Of a stretch of DNA of 32,000 bases, positions 8,370-18,028 are shown in pieces (positions within the stretch are counted from its first letter, which is position 1; the number at the start of each line of letters is the position of its first letter). Made by a program: the position numbers and the translations under genes. The DNA is from Archaeoglobus fulgidus DSM 4304. GTDB lineage: Archaea > Halobacteriota > Archaeoglobi > Archaeoglobales > Archaeoglobaceae. The stretch is from the NCBI RefSeq assembly GCF_000008665.1, contig NC_000917.1, forward strand, positions 390,001-422,000, written 5' to 3'. The notes beneath the pieces were generated by a model. It searched no databases. It saw only the letters and a list, made by a program, of their open reading frames with translations, and was not told where the DNA came from.

Positions 8370-11300
8370 TTTCAATCCCATTTTGGTCTGATTTCAACTT
8401 ACTGTGTTCCGAGCTTTCAGAGGCAGGCCAAGAGCTCTTTTAATCCCATTTTGGTCTGATTTCAACCTTCATGTGCTCTCAACCAGTAGTATATTGTCCT
8501 AACTGCTTTCAATCCCATTTTGGTCTGATTTCAACAGGCCCGGAATCAACAGGAACACCTGATACACGAATACTTTCAATCCCATTTTGGTCTGATTTCA
8601 ACATGCGGAATTAACAGCATTATCAGGAAAGCGATTATGACTTTCAATCCCATTTTGGTCTGATTTCAACGGGGGGAGGATGAGAGCTCTGTTTGCCGTT
8701 CTGGTGTCTTTCAATCCCATTTTGGTCTGATTTCAACTTTCTGGCATGGGGAGTTAGCAGGAACGTGGCAGGCTACTTTCAATCCCATTTTGGTCTGATT
8801 TCAACGTTAAGCTCTCGGTCGGGCTCTTTGCTCGGTAGAACCCTTTCAATCCCATTTTGGTCTGATTTCAACGACTGTAATCTCAACTCCTCCGCCATCT
8901 TCTGAAACTCCTTTCAATCCCATTTTGGTCTGATTTCAACCACATTGACGTGGCGGATTAAGCGCTTGTGGAAAGTGTTTTCTTTCAATCCCATTTTGGT
9001 CTGATTTCAACGATGAAGCCATATTTGTCGCATTATTCCACGACGTCCTTTCAATCCCATTTTGGTCTGATTTCAACCTTCTCAACTATCGGTTGTTTGA
9101 CATTTGTATCCTTTCCTTTCAATCCCATTTTGGTCTGATTTCAACGAAGTTCCACATTCCCGTGACTTTCAAGAAGATTATGCTTTCAATCCCATTTTGG
9201 TCTGATTTCAACACAATCTGATCGAACAGATTACCAGTCAAAGCAACTCCCTTTCAATCCCATTTTGGTCTGATTTCAACTTGCTGAGCTCAGAGGCTTT
9301 ACCGCTAACACTCGCCTTAACGCTTTCAATCCCATTTTGGTCTGATTTCAACTTGTCAGTTCTCTTCTGATCGATTCGGCCAGAGTGGTATATTCTTTCA
9401 ATCCCATTTTGGTCTGATTTCAACCTGAGTCTGCTTACTCCAAGATTTATGTCTCTGTATGTCTCTTTCAATCCCATTTTGGTCTGATTTCAACCCGGCA
9501 AAACAAGATACCACGATTTCTTCCCATGCCACTTTCAATCCCATTTTGGTCTGATTTCAACCTCCGACTATCACCCAGTCAAACCCCTCGAAGTCCGACT
9601 TTCAATCCCATTTTGGTCTGATTTCAACAGGTGCCTTGTAACCTTTCTATTTTTTGATTGCTCTCTTTCAATCCCATTTTGGTCTGATTTCAACTACCGA
9701 GCTGCTCAGCGTTGGGATGGAGTATTTCACGCTTTCAATCCCATTTTGGTCTGATTTCAACCTGCGGGGGAGCAGCCCATCGCCGAATACGACAACCTTT
9801 CAATCCCATTTTGGTCTGATTTCAACTACTCCCCTGAAACCTCCTCAGAGCCTTCGTGTCCTCTTTCAATCCCATTTTGGTCTGATTTCAACCGTTCGGC
9901 GTCGTAGAGGAAGAGAAGAGGGAGTCCAGACTTTCAATCCCATTTTGGTCTGATTTCAACGAGGCGTTCATCAAGGAGGCTTACCGAGTTCTAAAAAAAG
10001 ACTTTCAATCCCATTTTGGTCTGATTTCAACAGTCGTTTTGAAAACCACCGAGCCGTCAGCGGTTGCGACCCCTTTCAATCCCATTTTGGTCTGATTTCA
10101 ACTAAGATCCTGAAGCCAGATCCAGACCTCAAAGAAGGCCTTTCAATCCCATTTTGGTCTGATTTCAACCAATCTCGTCGTCAGCAATCGAGATATTAGC
10201 AGTTCCCGACTTTCAATCCCATTTTGGTCTGATTTCAACTATTTAGCCCTCTTAACGACCCGTTCTTCGCTGTTTATCTTTCAATCCCATTTTGGTCTGA
10301 TTTCAACTTTAAGAACCTTGAATGTCTTACCTGCTGGAAGTCTAAACCCTTTCAATCCCATTTTGGTCTGATTTCAACTCAGCCACGTCGTTGAACCGAT
10401 GCTCGCAGACTTCAACGGCTCCCTTTCAATCCCATTTTGGTCTGATTTCAACTCCGTAACTATGCTATTGTTCTCAAGCAAATTATACTCTTTCAATCCC
10501 ATTTTGGTCTGATTTCAACCAGGAGGAATGATATGTTTATTGGACAAAGACAGGTCTTTCAATCCCATTTTGGTCTGATTTCAACATCGCCAATTGCCTC
10601 AACACTCACTTTGCCATAGCAATACAACTTTCAATCCCATTTTGGTCTGATTTCAACTTCGGGGGATTTGATGAGTTGCTTCTCCTCTTGCCCTTCTTTC
10701 AATCCCATTTTGGTCTGATTTCAACTCCCCTCTGGAGTTCGTGAGGTATGCCTCCTTTATCTTTCAATCCCATTTTGGTCTGATTTCAACGGCCGAGCTG
10801 AAGCTGCTCTATGTCGGAGAGTTCCACTTTCAATCCCATTTTGGTCTGATTTCAACTAACGAATCTCAAAGCCCTCGCATTGGAAAGGGTCGCTTTCAAT
10901 CCCATTTTGGTCTGATTTCAACCAAGTACAGACTCTCGAAGCCGCCCGTAAAATCGCTCTTTCAATCCCATTTTGGTCTGATTTCAACAAACCCCCCTCT
11001 TGGTGGAGTTGGCAAAGATTATGTCCTTTCAATCCCATTTTGGTCTGATTTCAACTCACGACGCTCCCTAACGGTAAGGCAATAGTTAAAAGCTTTCAAT
11101 CCCATTTTGGTCTGATTTCAACTAGGGCAACAGTTGTTCGATCTCCTCTCTCGTTAAGCTTTCAATCCCATTTTGGTCTGATTTCAACTGTTCAATCAAG
11201 TCAAAACGTATTACTCTCAAAGCGCTTTCAATCCCATTTTGGTCTGATTTCAACCATTAACAGCTCTCAGAACGATTTGGGACAGAACAATCTTTCAATC

Positions 11301-11590
11301 CCATTTTGGTCTGATTTCAACTTGAACTCCACCTCTGGCAACAGCGGCTGCTATTACTGCTTTCAATCCCATTTTGGTCTGATTTCAACCCTTGATCGAG
11401 GGAGAGAAGAACCCTCGAGTCGTCGTCCTTTCAATCCCATTTTGGTCTGATTTCAACTCAAAAACGTTTTGGAGAGTAGTTCTCGCACTTGCTGCTTTCA
11501 ATCCCATTTTGGTCTGATTTCAACCGCCTTGCTGAAAGCTCTAAGCACCACTTCGGCAATCTTTCAATCCCATTTTGGTCTGATTTCAAC
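8370..11590 (-). CRISPR. CRISPR array, 48 repeats of 30 bp and 47 spacers
   Basis: On + strand CTTTCAATCCCATTTTGGTCTGATTTCAAC recurs every ~66-69 bp. Counted by eye from 8370-8399 to 11561-11590. Canonical orientation is the minus strand (GTTGAAATCAGACCAAAATGGGATTGAAAG, ending in the archaeal ATTGAAAG tag). Confidence 0.99.
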
Positions 11591-11990
11591 CATCAGTAAT
11601 TTTCCCTCTATTTCCAATTTAAAGTTTTCTGAGGGATTTTTTCATTTATATACCTCCGCGAGGTGTCGAAAGTGCATCTCATTTATAACGGCGTGCGACT
11701 TTTATCCTGCTACTCAATTTCCTACTAAACCATTTTCCGGAACTTATTTCTACTTTAAAATCTTTTCCTCAAGCTTATCCTGCCAAAAAATAATCAAAAC
11801 AATCCATTTCCAAAAATAACCAAATATAAAACATAATTCTACCCAATTAAAACTCAAGATAAATTACTGTGACAAGCACTCTGAGATGATTTTTCGCAGA
11901 ATAACGGTCTAAAACTGGCCAAAATCTAAACTCAATTTATTTCCTCTTGCTTTGCAATCACACTGACTCTCAATAAAACCCTTAATCTTA
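11591..11990 (-). promoter_or_regulatory. Probable CRISPR leader with minus-strand TATA-like elements
   Basis: AT-rich non-coding stretch adjoining the array on the side implied by repeat polarity. Contains ATTTATATA (11644-11652) and TTTAAA (11618-11623), both TATA-like on the minus strand. The only sequence-variant repeat noticed is at the other end. Right boundary is approximate. Confidence 0.65.
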
Positions 11991-12015
11991 ATTACCCACA
12001 CCCCAAACAGGAATC

Positions 12016-12687
12016 ATGTTCAAACCAAAGGCCATCGCAGTTGACATAGATGGCACCCTCACCGACAGAAAGAGGGCTCTGAACTGCAGGGCTGTTGAAG
12101 CTCTCCGCAAGGTAAAAATTCCCGTGATTTTGGCCACTGGTAACATATCTTGTTTTGCGAGGGCTGCAGCAAAGCTGATTGGAGTCTCAGACGTGGTAAT
12201 CTGCGAGAATGGGGGCGTGGTGAGGTTCGAGTACGATGGGGAGGATATTGTTTTAGGAGATAAAGAGAAATGCGTTGAGGCTGTGAGGGTGCTTGAGAAA
12301 CACTATGAGGTTGAGCTGCTGGACTTCGAATACAGGAAGTCGGAAGTGTGCATGAGGAGGAGCTTTGACATCAACGAGGCGAGAAAGCTCATTGAGGGGA
12401 TGGGGGTTAAGCTTGTGGATTCAGGCTTTGCCTACCACATTATGGATGCTGATGTTAGCAAGGGAAAAGCTTTGAAGTTCGTTGCCGAGAGGCTTGGTAT
12501 CAGTTCAGCGGAGTTTGCAGTTATCGGCGACTCAGAGAACGACATAGACATGTTCAGAGTTGCTGGATTCGGAATTGCTGTTGCCAATGCCGATGAGAGG
12601 CTGAAGGAGTATGCTGATTTAGTTACGCCATCACCAGACGGCGAGGGGGTTGTTGAGGCTTTGCAGTTTCTGGGATTGTTGCGGTGA
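12016..12687 (+). CDS. HAD-superfamily phosphatase, phosphoglycolate phosphatase-like
   Basis: AIAVDIDGTLTDRKRALN; LATGN; KGKALKFVAERLGI; AVIGDSENDIDMF. Confidence 0.9.
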   Translation: MFKPKAIAVDIDGTLTDRKRALNCRAVEALRKVKIPVILATGNISCFARAAAKLIGVSDVVICENGGVVRFEYDGEDIVLGDKEKCVEAVRVLEKHYEVELLDFEYRKSEVCMRRSFDINEARKLIEGMGVKLVDSGFAYHIMDADVSKGKALKFVAERLGISSAEFAVIGDSENDIDMFRVAGFGIAVANADERLKEYADLVTPSPDGEGVVEALQFLGLLR

Positions 12688-13108
12688 GCCTGCTTAACCT
12701 TCCTCGACCTGTGAAGAGCATTACCGCTTCTCTCACCAGTTCTGCAACAGCTGGCCTCCTATCCCGTTTTATTTTCAGGTTGGGGCAGAAGGTGTCGGCA
12801 TAAACGTAAAACTCATCCCCATTAAGCTCAAACAGCCCCTCCTCTTCTCCCTTCCTCCTCACCACGAACGGGAAGGTTTTGCATGCGAGTGGCTTTAGGT
12901 CGTTTTGCAGTGAGCAGAGCCTGCCACTCTGGAAGGGGCACTTCCCTCCAATTTTGCGAATGTAAAATCTTCCTGCCTTCTCAATCACAAAGCCGGTGCC
13001 TCTGAGCTTCAGGTACTCGTAGGCTGTAAGCCTTGGCGTGTAAACTCTGCAGCACATCCCGCAGGCGTTGCAGTGCCAGGAAGCAACACGCCTCCATGGC
13101 ACGTGCAT
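12623..13108 (-). CDS. YkgJ-like cysteine-cluster (zinc/iron chelating) protein
   Basis: CNACGMCCRVYTPRLTAYEYLKL...GKCPFQSGRLCSLQNDLKPLACKTFPF. Confidence 0.8.
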   Translation of the reverse strand: MHVPWRRVASWHCNACGMCCRVYTPRLTAYEYLKLRGTGFVIEKAGRFYIRKIGGKCPFQSGRLCSLQNDLKPLACKTFPFVVRRKGEEEGLFELNGDEFYVYADTFCPNLKIKRDRRPAVAELVREAVMLFTGRGRLSRLTATIPETAKPQQPPRRLVMA

Positions 13109-13313
13109 GTTTGAAAGTTAGCCTCACTGCTGATTTGGGTTTTGGTTCGCCATGCTTGAAGTGTGGAAGTTTGCCGGAGTTGAAGTATCGCCGGTCAGAA
13201 CCGTGGGAGTGTATATGCGCCTACTCGTAGAAAGAGCTGCTCAGGTGGACAGGATTTAAGAGCAGTTTCGAGAACCTGTTCGGAACCCGTCCAGTGCCAG
13301 TAGTGATTATAAT

Positions 13314-14209
13314 TTAACTCAGGAGTTTCGTCGTAAACTCAGACTCCCTCAGGAACACGGGAACTTCAACGTCTCTGCCCCCTACTTCAATGGTTGGTTT
13401 AATAGCGACTCTGATTTTCGTCTTCTCCCCATTCGCGATGTGCGTCACCCACCATTCTCGAATAAAACTGTTGTTTAGCCTTAAAGAAAACTTAAGTGTG
13501 GTCTTCGATTTTGGTTTTACGGTTACTGGAGAATTTTCATAACCATCGGCAACCTTCACGCCGTTCATCTCAATGGTGTAGTGGTATCCGCTTACTACAA
13601 TAGGAACGACATCCTCGTTCCTGACTTTAGCGAGAGCCACAATTTCTGTTTGGCTGTCTGTTACAACTCCCCACATCGCCTTAACGGACTCCACAGTGAC
13701 AGGGAAGCCATCGACCTTTCAGGAACGTTTGTGCAGAATCCGGAAAGAATATCTGTTTTAAACCGGTTTGTAATTTCAAATGGAACTTTGAAGTCAATAA
13801 ATCTTAGATCAAAGACCATGTATCCCCTAATGCTAACCGTTGACTCCTCCCCGTTTGTGATGTGGCTTCTCCACCATTGGGGAATTTTGCTGTTGTCGAC
13901 ATACGTGGTGATTATCACAGTTGATTCAGAGTTTGGTTCGATATGGGCGCTTAATGCCGATCCCTCACCCATTTTGATTCCGTTGATGTAAACTTCCGTC
14001 AGAATGTCCTTTAACGGTAGCGGAAACGGGTTTGGATTGTAAACTTTGACCGTTGTTATGATTTCTGTCGTAGACTCTGTCACTTTTCCCCACTTGCTGT
14101 TGATTTCCTTCAACTGGGGTTTCCCTACCACCTGTAAGCATCCAGTTATGGCAAGGGCAACGAGGGCGATTACAGTAATTCTCATAATTACAATCATGGT
14201 ATTAGACAC
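13314..14209 (-). CDS. Tandem LEA14/WHy-like lipoprotein, split by an apparent frameshift into track ORFs 13661-14209 and 13314-13694
   Basis: Lipobox LAITGC. Domain 1 WGKVTESTTEI...IPQWWRSHITNGEESTV is paralogous to domain 2 WGVVTDSQTEI...IREWWVTHIANGEKTKI. The frame changes near 13717. Confidence 0.75.
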
Positions 14210-14313
14210 AAAAGCTTTCTCCTTAATCTCACAGGTGTTTTCATGGTCTTGCGAAAGGTTGATATTTTTTTAGGATAAATTTAAACAAGTTACCCTCCGA
14301 GCAGGGATAGGAT

Positions 14314-16629
14314 ATGGATAGTGAGTCAATTGAAAAAATTTGGGAGGAGTGGTTTAAGGAAGTATCCAAAGAATTTTCTCCTGAGCTGAGAGTAGTGGTT
14401 AAGGAGAGAATTAAAGGATACATCTACGCCCTTCTCTCAGGTGAGGACTCCGAAAAAATAGTGGAACAAATCGATGATGAACTGATTGAGAGGATAATCA
14501 GGAGTGGAAGCAAACCGGAAGATGTAGTCAGAAGAATGGAACTCTTCGCAAATAAACTTTCTGAATACGAAGAGTTCGAGAAGGTTGCGAAGAACTTTGC
14601 AAGGTTTGTTCCAGCACTTCTGAGGAAAATGTTGGGTGTTTATGAGAGAATTTTGCAGGAAGAGCAAGAAAGAAGGAAAAGGGCTGAGAGAGCTTTAAGG
14701 GTCTTGAGCAAGGTTAACGAAGCTGTAACCAGAGCAAGCGATGAGGAAGAGCTGCTAAAGGAAGTCTGCAGGATAATTGTTGAGGAAGGCGGTTACGCCT
14801 ACGCCTGGGTTGGGTATGCTGAGAAGGATAAGACTGTAAAGCCAGTTGCCGCTTCAGGCAATGACGACTATGCATGGGTAATAAAGGTTACCTGGAACGA
14901 TAGCGAGACCGGTCGGGGACCTGTTGGCAGCTCAATCAGGCTTAGAAAAACTGTGGTGGTAAGGGAAACCGACGCAGACGAGTCCTTCAAACCCTGGAGA
15001 GAAGAAGCTTTAAAAAGAGGTTTTAGATCTGTAGCAGCCATTCCTCTTCACGTTGAGAACGAGGTAATTGGCTCTTTAGCCATCTACGCTCCAGAGCCAG
15101 ACGCTTTTGACGAGGAAGAGCTCTCCCTGCTTGAAGAGCTTGCCGAAAGTCTCTCTAATGCAATCGCCTCCCTGAGAGAGAAAAAGGAAAAGGAGATGCT
15201 GGAGAAGCTGTACGAGCTTGTAGTAGAGAACACAGGAACAGCAATACTCGTAATCGAAAACGGAAAGATCGTTTTCGCAAACAAAGAGGTGGAAAAATTA
15301 TCAGGATACAGCAGAGAAGAGCTTGTAGGAAAGCCTTTCACCATTCTGCTTCCTGAAGAAGATCGCAAAGAGATTCTAAGAATTCACAAACTAAGGCTTG
15401 CAGACCCCGAATCGGCTCCAAGACAGTACGAGATAAAGTATGTTGACAAAGAAGGCAGAATAAGGTATGCAATTATCACGGCTACGGTTATTCCCGGAAC
15501 TAAAAGGGTTGTTGTCTCCTTAATGGATATTACCGAAGCTAAGGAGATGGAGAGAAAGCTAAAAGAAAGCGAGGAAAGGTACAGGGCTGTATTTGAAAAC
15601 TCCCCTCTGGGAATAGTTCTTGCGTCAGTGGACACAACGATCCTTGACTGCAATAATGCAGCTTTAAGAATGTTCGGAATGAGAAGAGAAGACGTCATAG
15701 GGAAAAAATGGACCGAACTTGGCCTTTTTGATGACGCCAAGCTGCCCGAGATAATGAAGGAGTTTTACCGTGGACTGAGCGAAGAGTTCAGGGAGCTGGA
15801 CTTGGAGGTAAACATTGGTGGGAAATTAAAAATCCTAAAAGTGTTTCCGGTTTTGCTTAAAAAAGAGGGGGTTCCCTACACATTTCTTAACATAATTGAG
15901 GATATCACCGAAAAGATGATTGCGGAGAGAAAGCTAAGAGACGCTCTCGAAAGCCTTCAGATTCTGAGATCAGTCGATTTGGGAATTATAGAGGGCAAAA
16001 ACCTTCGAGATATGCTTCTTGAAGTGGCAAAGGTTGTAAGGCGAAAGATTGGCTGTGATGTTATTGCTATCAGGGTTTTCGGTGAAAATGGCTTTGTTGT
16101 TTCAGATCCTGAGATTGGAAGATCTGTTTTAGAGAAAATAGACGCTGAGAAAGAGGTCGTGGTAAATATTCTGGAAAAAGATGATTTAAATGAACTGGAG
16201 GTAGAGCTGCTCAAAGGCGGATTTGCTCGCTATGTCTCGATACCCTTAATAGCAAGAGATGAGAAAGTAGGAGTGATATTTGCAGCAAGCAAGGGAATTG
16301 AGGGGAAGGATATCGATTTCCTCAAAACAACAGCGGGACAGCTTGCTATAGCCATACACGAAGCGTTACTGTTTGAGGCTAAGATGAAAGCATACGAGCA
16401 GATAGAGAAGAACATAGAGCAGTTTGCAATTTTAGTTGACCACATCCGCAATCCTTTGGCTGCTGCACAGGGATACGTTGAGATATTCGTCGAGAACGAG
16501 GAAGCGAAGAAAAAAATTAAAGAGCAGCTTGACAGAGTGGTGGAGCTGGTTGAGCAGCTCGAGAGGGGGTGGGTTGAGTCTGAGGCAATAAGAGACTATT
16601 TAAGAAGAGAGCGTGAAGAAAGGAGGTGA
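14314..16629 (+). CDS. Multi-domain sensor protein: GAF, two PAS, GAF, C-terminal DHp-like helix without an ATPase domain
   Basis: PAS motifs NTGTAILVIENGKIVFANKEVEKLSGYSREELVGK and NSPLGIVLASVDTTILDCNNAALRMFGM; GAF-like FRSVAAIPLHVENEVIGSLAIYA and ARYVSIPLIARDEKVGVIFAA; ends ILVDHIRNPLAAAQGYVEIF with no N/G boxes. Confidence 0.85.
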   Translation: MDSESIEKIWEEWFKEVSKEFSPELRVVVKERIKGYIYALLSGEDSEKIVEQIDDELIERIIRSGSKPEDVVRRMELFANKLSEYEEFEKVAKNFARFVPALLRKMLGVYERILQEEQERRKRAERALRVLSKVNEAVTRASDEEELLKEVCRIIVEEGGYAYAWVGYAEKDKTVKPVAASGNDDYAWVIKVTWNDSETGRGPVGSSIRLRKTVVVRETDADESFKPWREEALKRGFRSVAAIPLHVENEVIGSLAIYAPEPDAFDEEELSLLEELAESLSNAIASLREKKEKEMLEKLYELVVENTGTAILVIENGKIVFANKEVEKLSGYSREELVGKPFTILLPEEDRKEILRIHKLRLADPESAPRQYEIKYVDKEGRIRYAIITATVIPGTKRVVVSLMDITEAKEMERKLKESEERYRAVFENSPLGIVLASVDTTILDCNNAALRMFGMRREDVIGKKWTELGLFDDAKLPEIMKEFYRGLSEEFRELDLEVNIGGKLKILKVFPVLLKKEGVPYTFLNIIEDITEKMIAERKLRDALESLQILRSVDLGIIEGKNLRDMLLEVAKVVRRKIGCDVIAIRVFGENGFVVSDPEIGRSVLEKIDAEKEVVVNILEKDDLNELEVELLKGGFARYVSIPLIARDEKVGVIFAASKGIEGKDIDFLKTTAGQLAIAIHEALLFEAKMKAYEQIEKNIEQFAILVDHIRNPLAAAQGYVEIFVENEEAKKKIKEQLDRVVELVEQLERGWVESEAIRDYLRREREERR

Positions 16630-16633
16630 TGCT

Positions 16634-16990
16634 GTGAACAAACGTAGAGTTATGGTTGTGGAGGATGATTCAGCAGTTCTCGAAACCGTGCAGATTATGC
16701 TGGGTGATAAGTACGAAATTATACCCGCAACGAACGGTGAGGAGGCAGTAAAGAAGTACAAGATGTTCAAACCAGATGTCGTGCTAATGGACGTCATGAT
16801 GCCCGTAATGGACGGTGTTGAGGCAACTAAGGAGATAAAGAAAATAGACCCTCAGGCAAAGATAATAGGCCTCACTGCCTATGCCAGAAAGAAGGGGAAG
16901 GAGCTGCTTGATGCAGGAGCGCTTGAAGTTGTTGAAAAGCCCTTTACGAGGAGGCAGCTGATTGAAGTCATAGAGAAATACTTGGAATGA
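16634..16990 (+). CDS. CheY-like response regulator (receiver domain only)
   Basis: MVVEDD, LMDVMMPVMDG phospho-Asp, GLTAYA, VEKPF. Start set at GTG 16634 behind AGGAGGTGAT rather than the track start 16613. Confidence 0.95.
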   Translation: MNKRRVMVVEDDSAVLETVQIMLGDKYEIIPATNGEEAVKKYKMFKPDVVLMDVMMPVMDGVEATKEIKKIDPQAKIIGLTAYARKKGKELLDAGALEVVEKPFTRRQLIEVIEKYLE

Positions 16991-17976
16991 GTAATATGCA
17001 AGATGTATTTCGGGAAGTTGTGGAAATTGCCCCATTCCCTGCTTTACTACACAATGAGATAGGGGTTATTGTTTACGCAAATAAGGCCTTTGAGAGAGTT
17101 TTTGGCTACTCTCGGGAGGAGGTTTTGCAGAGAATTTTTGTCGAGCTTGTCCACCCCAGAGACAGAGAAAAAGCGGAAAATGCGATGAGGAGAAGACTTG
17201 CGGGGGAAACGGTAGAACCTTTTTTGATAAAAGTTAGAGGAAAGGACGGAAACTACAGAACAGTTCAGGTTTTTGGGAGCAGAGCACGTTTTATGGGTGA
17301 GATTTTGGGGATTATTGCTTTATCTGACGTCACAAAGCTTGAAGAGCAGAAGGTAATGCTAACATTGATAACCCGCGCACTAAGGCACGATGTGCTGAAC
17401 GCCCTCACAACCGCCATGTCGTACTTTGAGATTAGCAGAGAAATTTGTAAAAACTGCGAGAATTCCAACTATTTGGAGAAACTGGGATTGTCTATTGAGA
17501 GAGCAGTCAAAATCATAAAAGATTTGAGGGAGTTTGAGGAGGCCGTAGTTAAGGGAGAGCTGGAAAGAATAAATGTCAGAGAAATCGTTGAAGACGTTGC
17601 AGACCACTTTAACGTGCCCATAACAATAGAGGGTGAGTGTGAGGTTGTGGCCGACAGAGGATTGAGAGCAGTCTTTGAGAATTTATTCCAGAATGCCATC
17701 CAGCATGGCAAGACGGACAGAATTGAGGTCACAATGAAAAACGTTGGAGACTTCTGCGAGATAAGGGTAATTGACTACGGCAAGGGGATACCGGAGGAGA
17801 TAAAGGATAATATTTTCGAAGAAGGATTTACTTATGGCGAAGCTGCATCAACCGGACAGGGGCTCTACCTCGTTAAGAAGCTTGTTGAGAGATACGGTGG
17901 GGAAATCCGGGTTGAGGATAACAGTCCGAGGGGAGCGGTCTTTGTTGTCAGGTTGAGGGCGTGGGTTGGGGAGTGA
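16987..17976 (+). CDS. PAS-domain histidine kinase
   Basis: PAS (GVIVYANKAFERVFGYSREEVLQR), H-box LRHDVLNALTTAMSYFEI, N-box FENLFQNAIQHG, DYGKGIP, TGQGLYLVKKLVERYGG; ATG overlaps the upstream stop. Confidence 0.95.
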   Translation: MSNMQDVFREVVEIAPFPALLHNEIGVIVYANKAFERVFGYSREEVLQRIFVELVHPRDREKAENAMRRRLAGETVEPFLIKVRGKDGNYRTVQVFGSRARFMGEILGIIALSDVTKLEEQKVMLTLITRALRHDVLNALTTAMSYFEISREICKNCENSNYLEKLGLSIERAVKIIKDLREFEEAVVKGELERINVREIVEDVADHFNVPITIEGECEVVADRGLRAVFENLFQNAIQHGKTDRIEVTMKNVGDFCEIRVIDYGKGIPEEIKDNIFEEGFTYGEAASTGQGLYLVKKLVERYGGEIRVEDNSPRGAVFVVRLRAWVGE

Positions 17977-17988
17977 AGATACCAAAAA

Positions 17989-18000
17989 GCTATATATATT
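17989..18000 (+). promoter_or_regulatory. Candidate archaeal TATA box upstream of the small helical protein gene
   Basis: AAAAAGCTATATATATTGGG lies ~34 nt upstream of ATG 18029, suggesting a second transcription start within the cluster. Confidence 0.55.
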
Positions 18001-18028
18001 GGGAACCATATTAACCAAGGGATCCAAA

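Noticed and set aside
10520-10556. Spacer containing AGGAGGAATGATATG, resembling a ribosome-binding site plus start
   Set aside because: Probably reflects a gene start in the source element; it lies between two repeats and is not a host gene start. Worth only a spacer search.
8693-11819. Track ORFs in the array (8693-8905, 9238-9477, 9654-9953, 10741-11085, 10856-11038, 11469-11819)
   Set aside because: They translate the CRISPR repeat itself (recurring FQSHFGLIST / SIPFWSDFN / LKSDQNGIE); artefacts, not repeat proteins.
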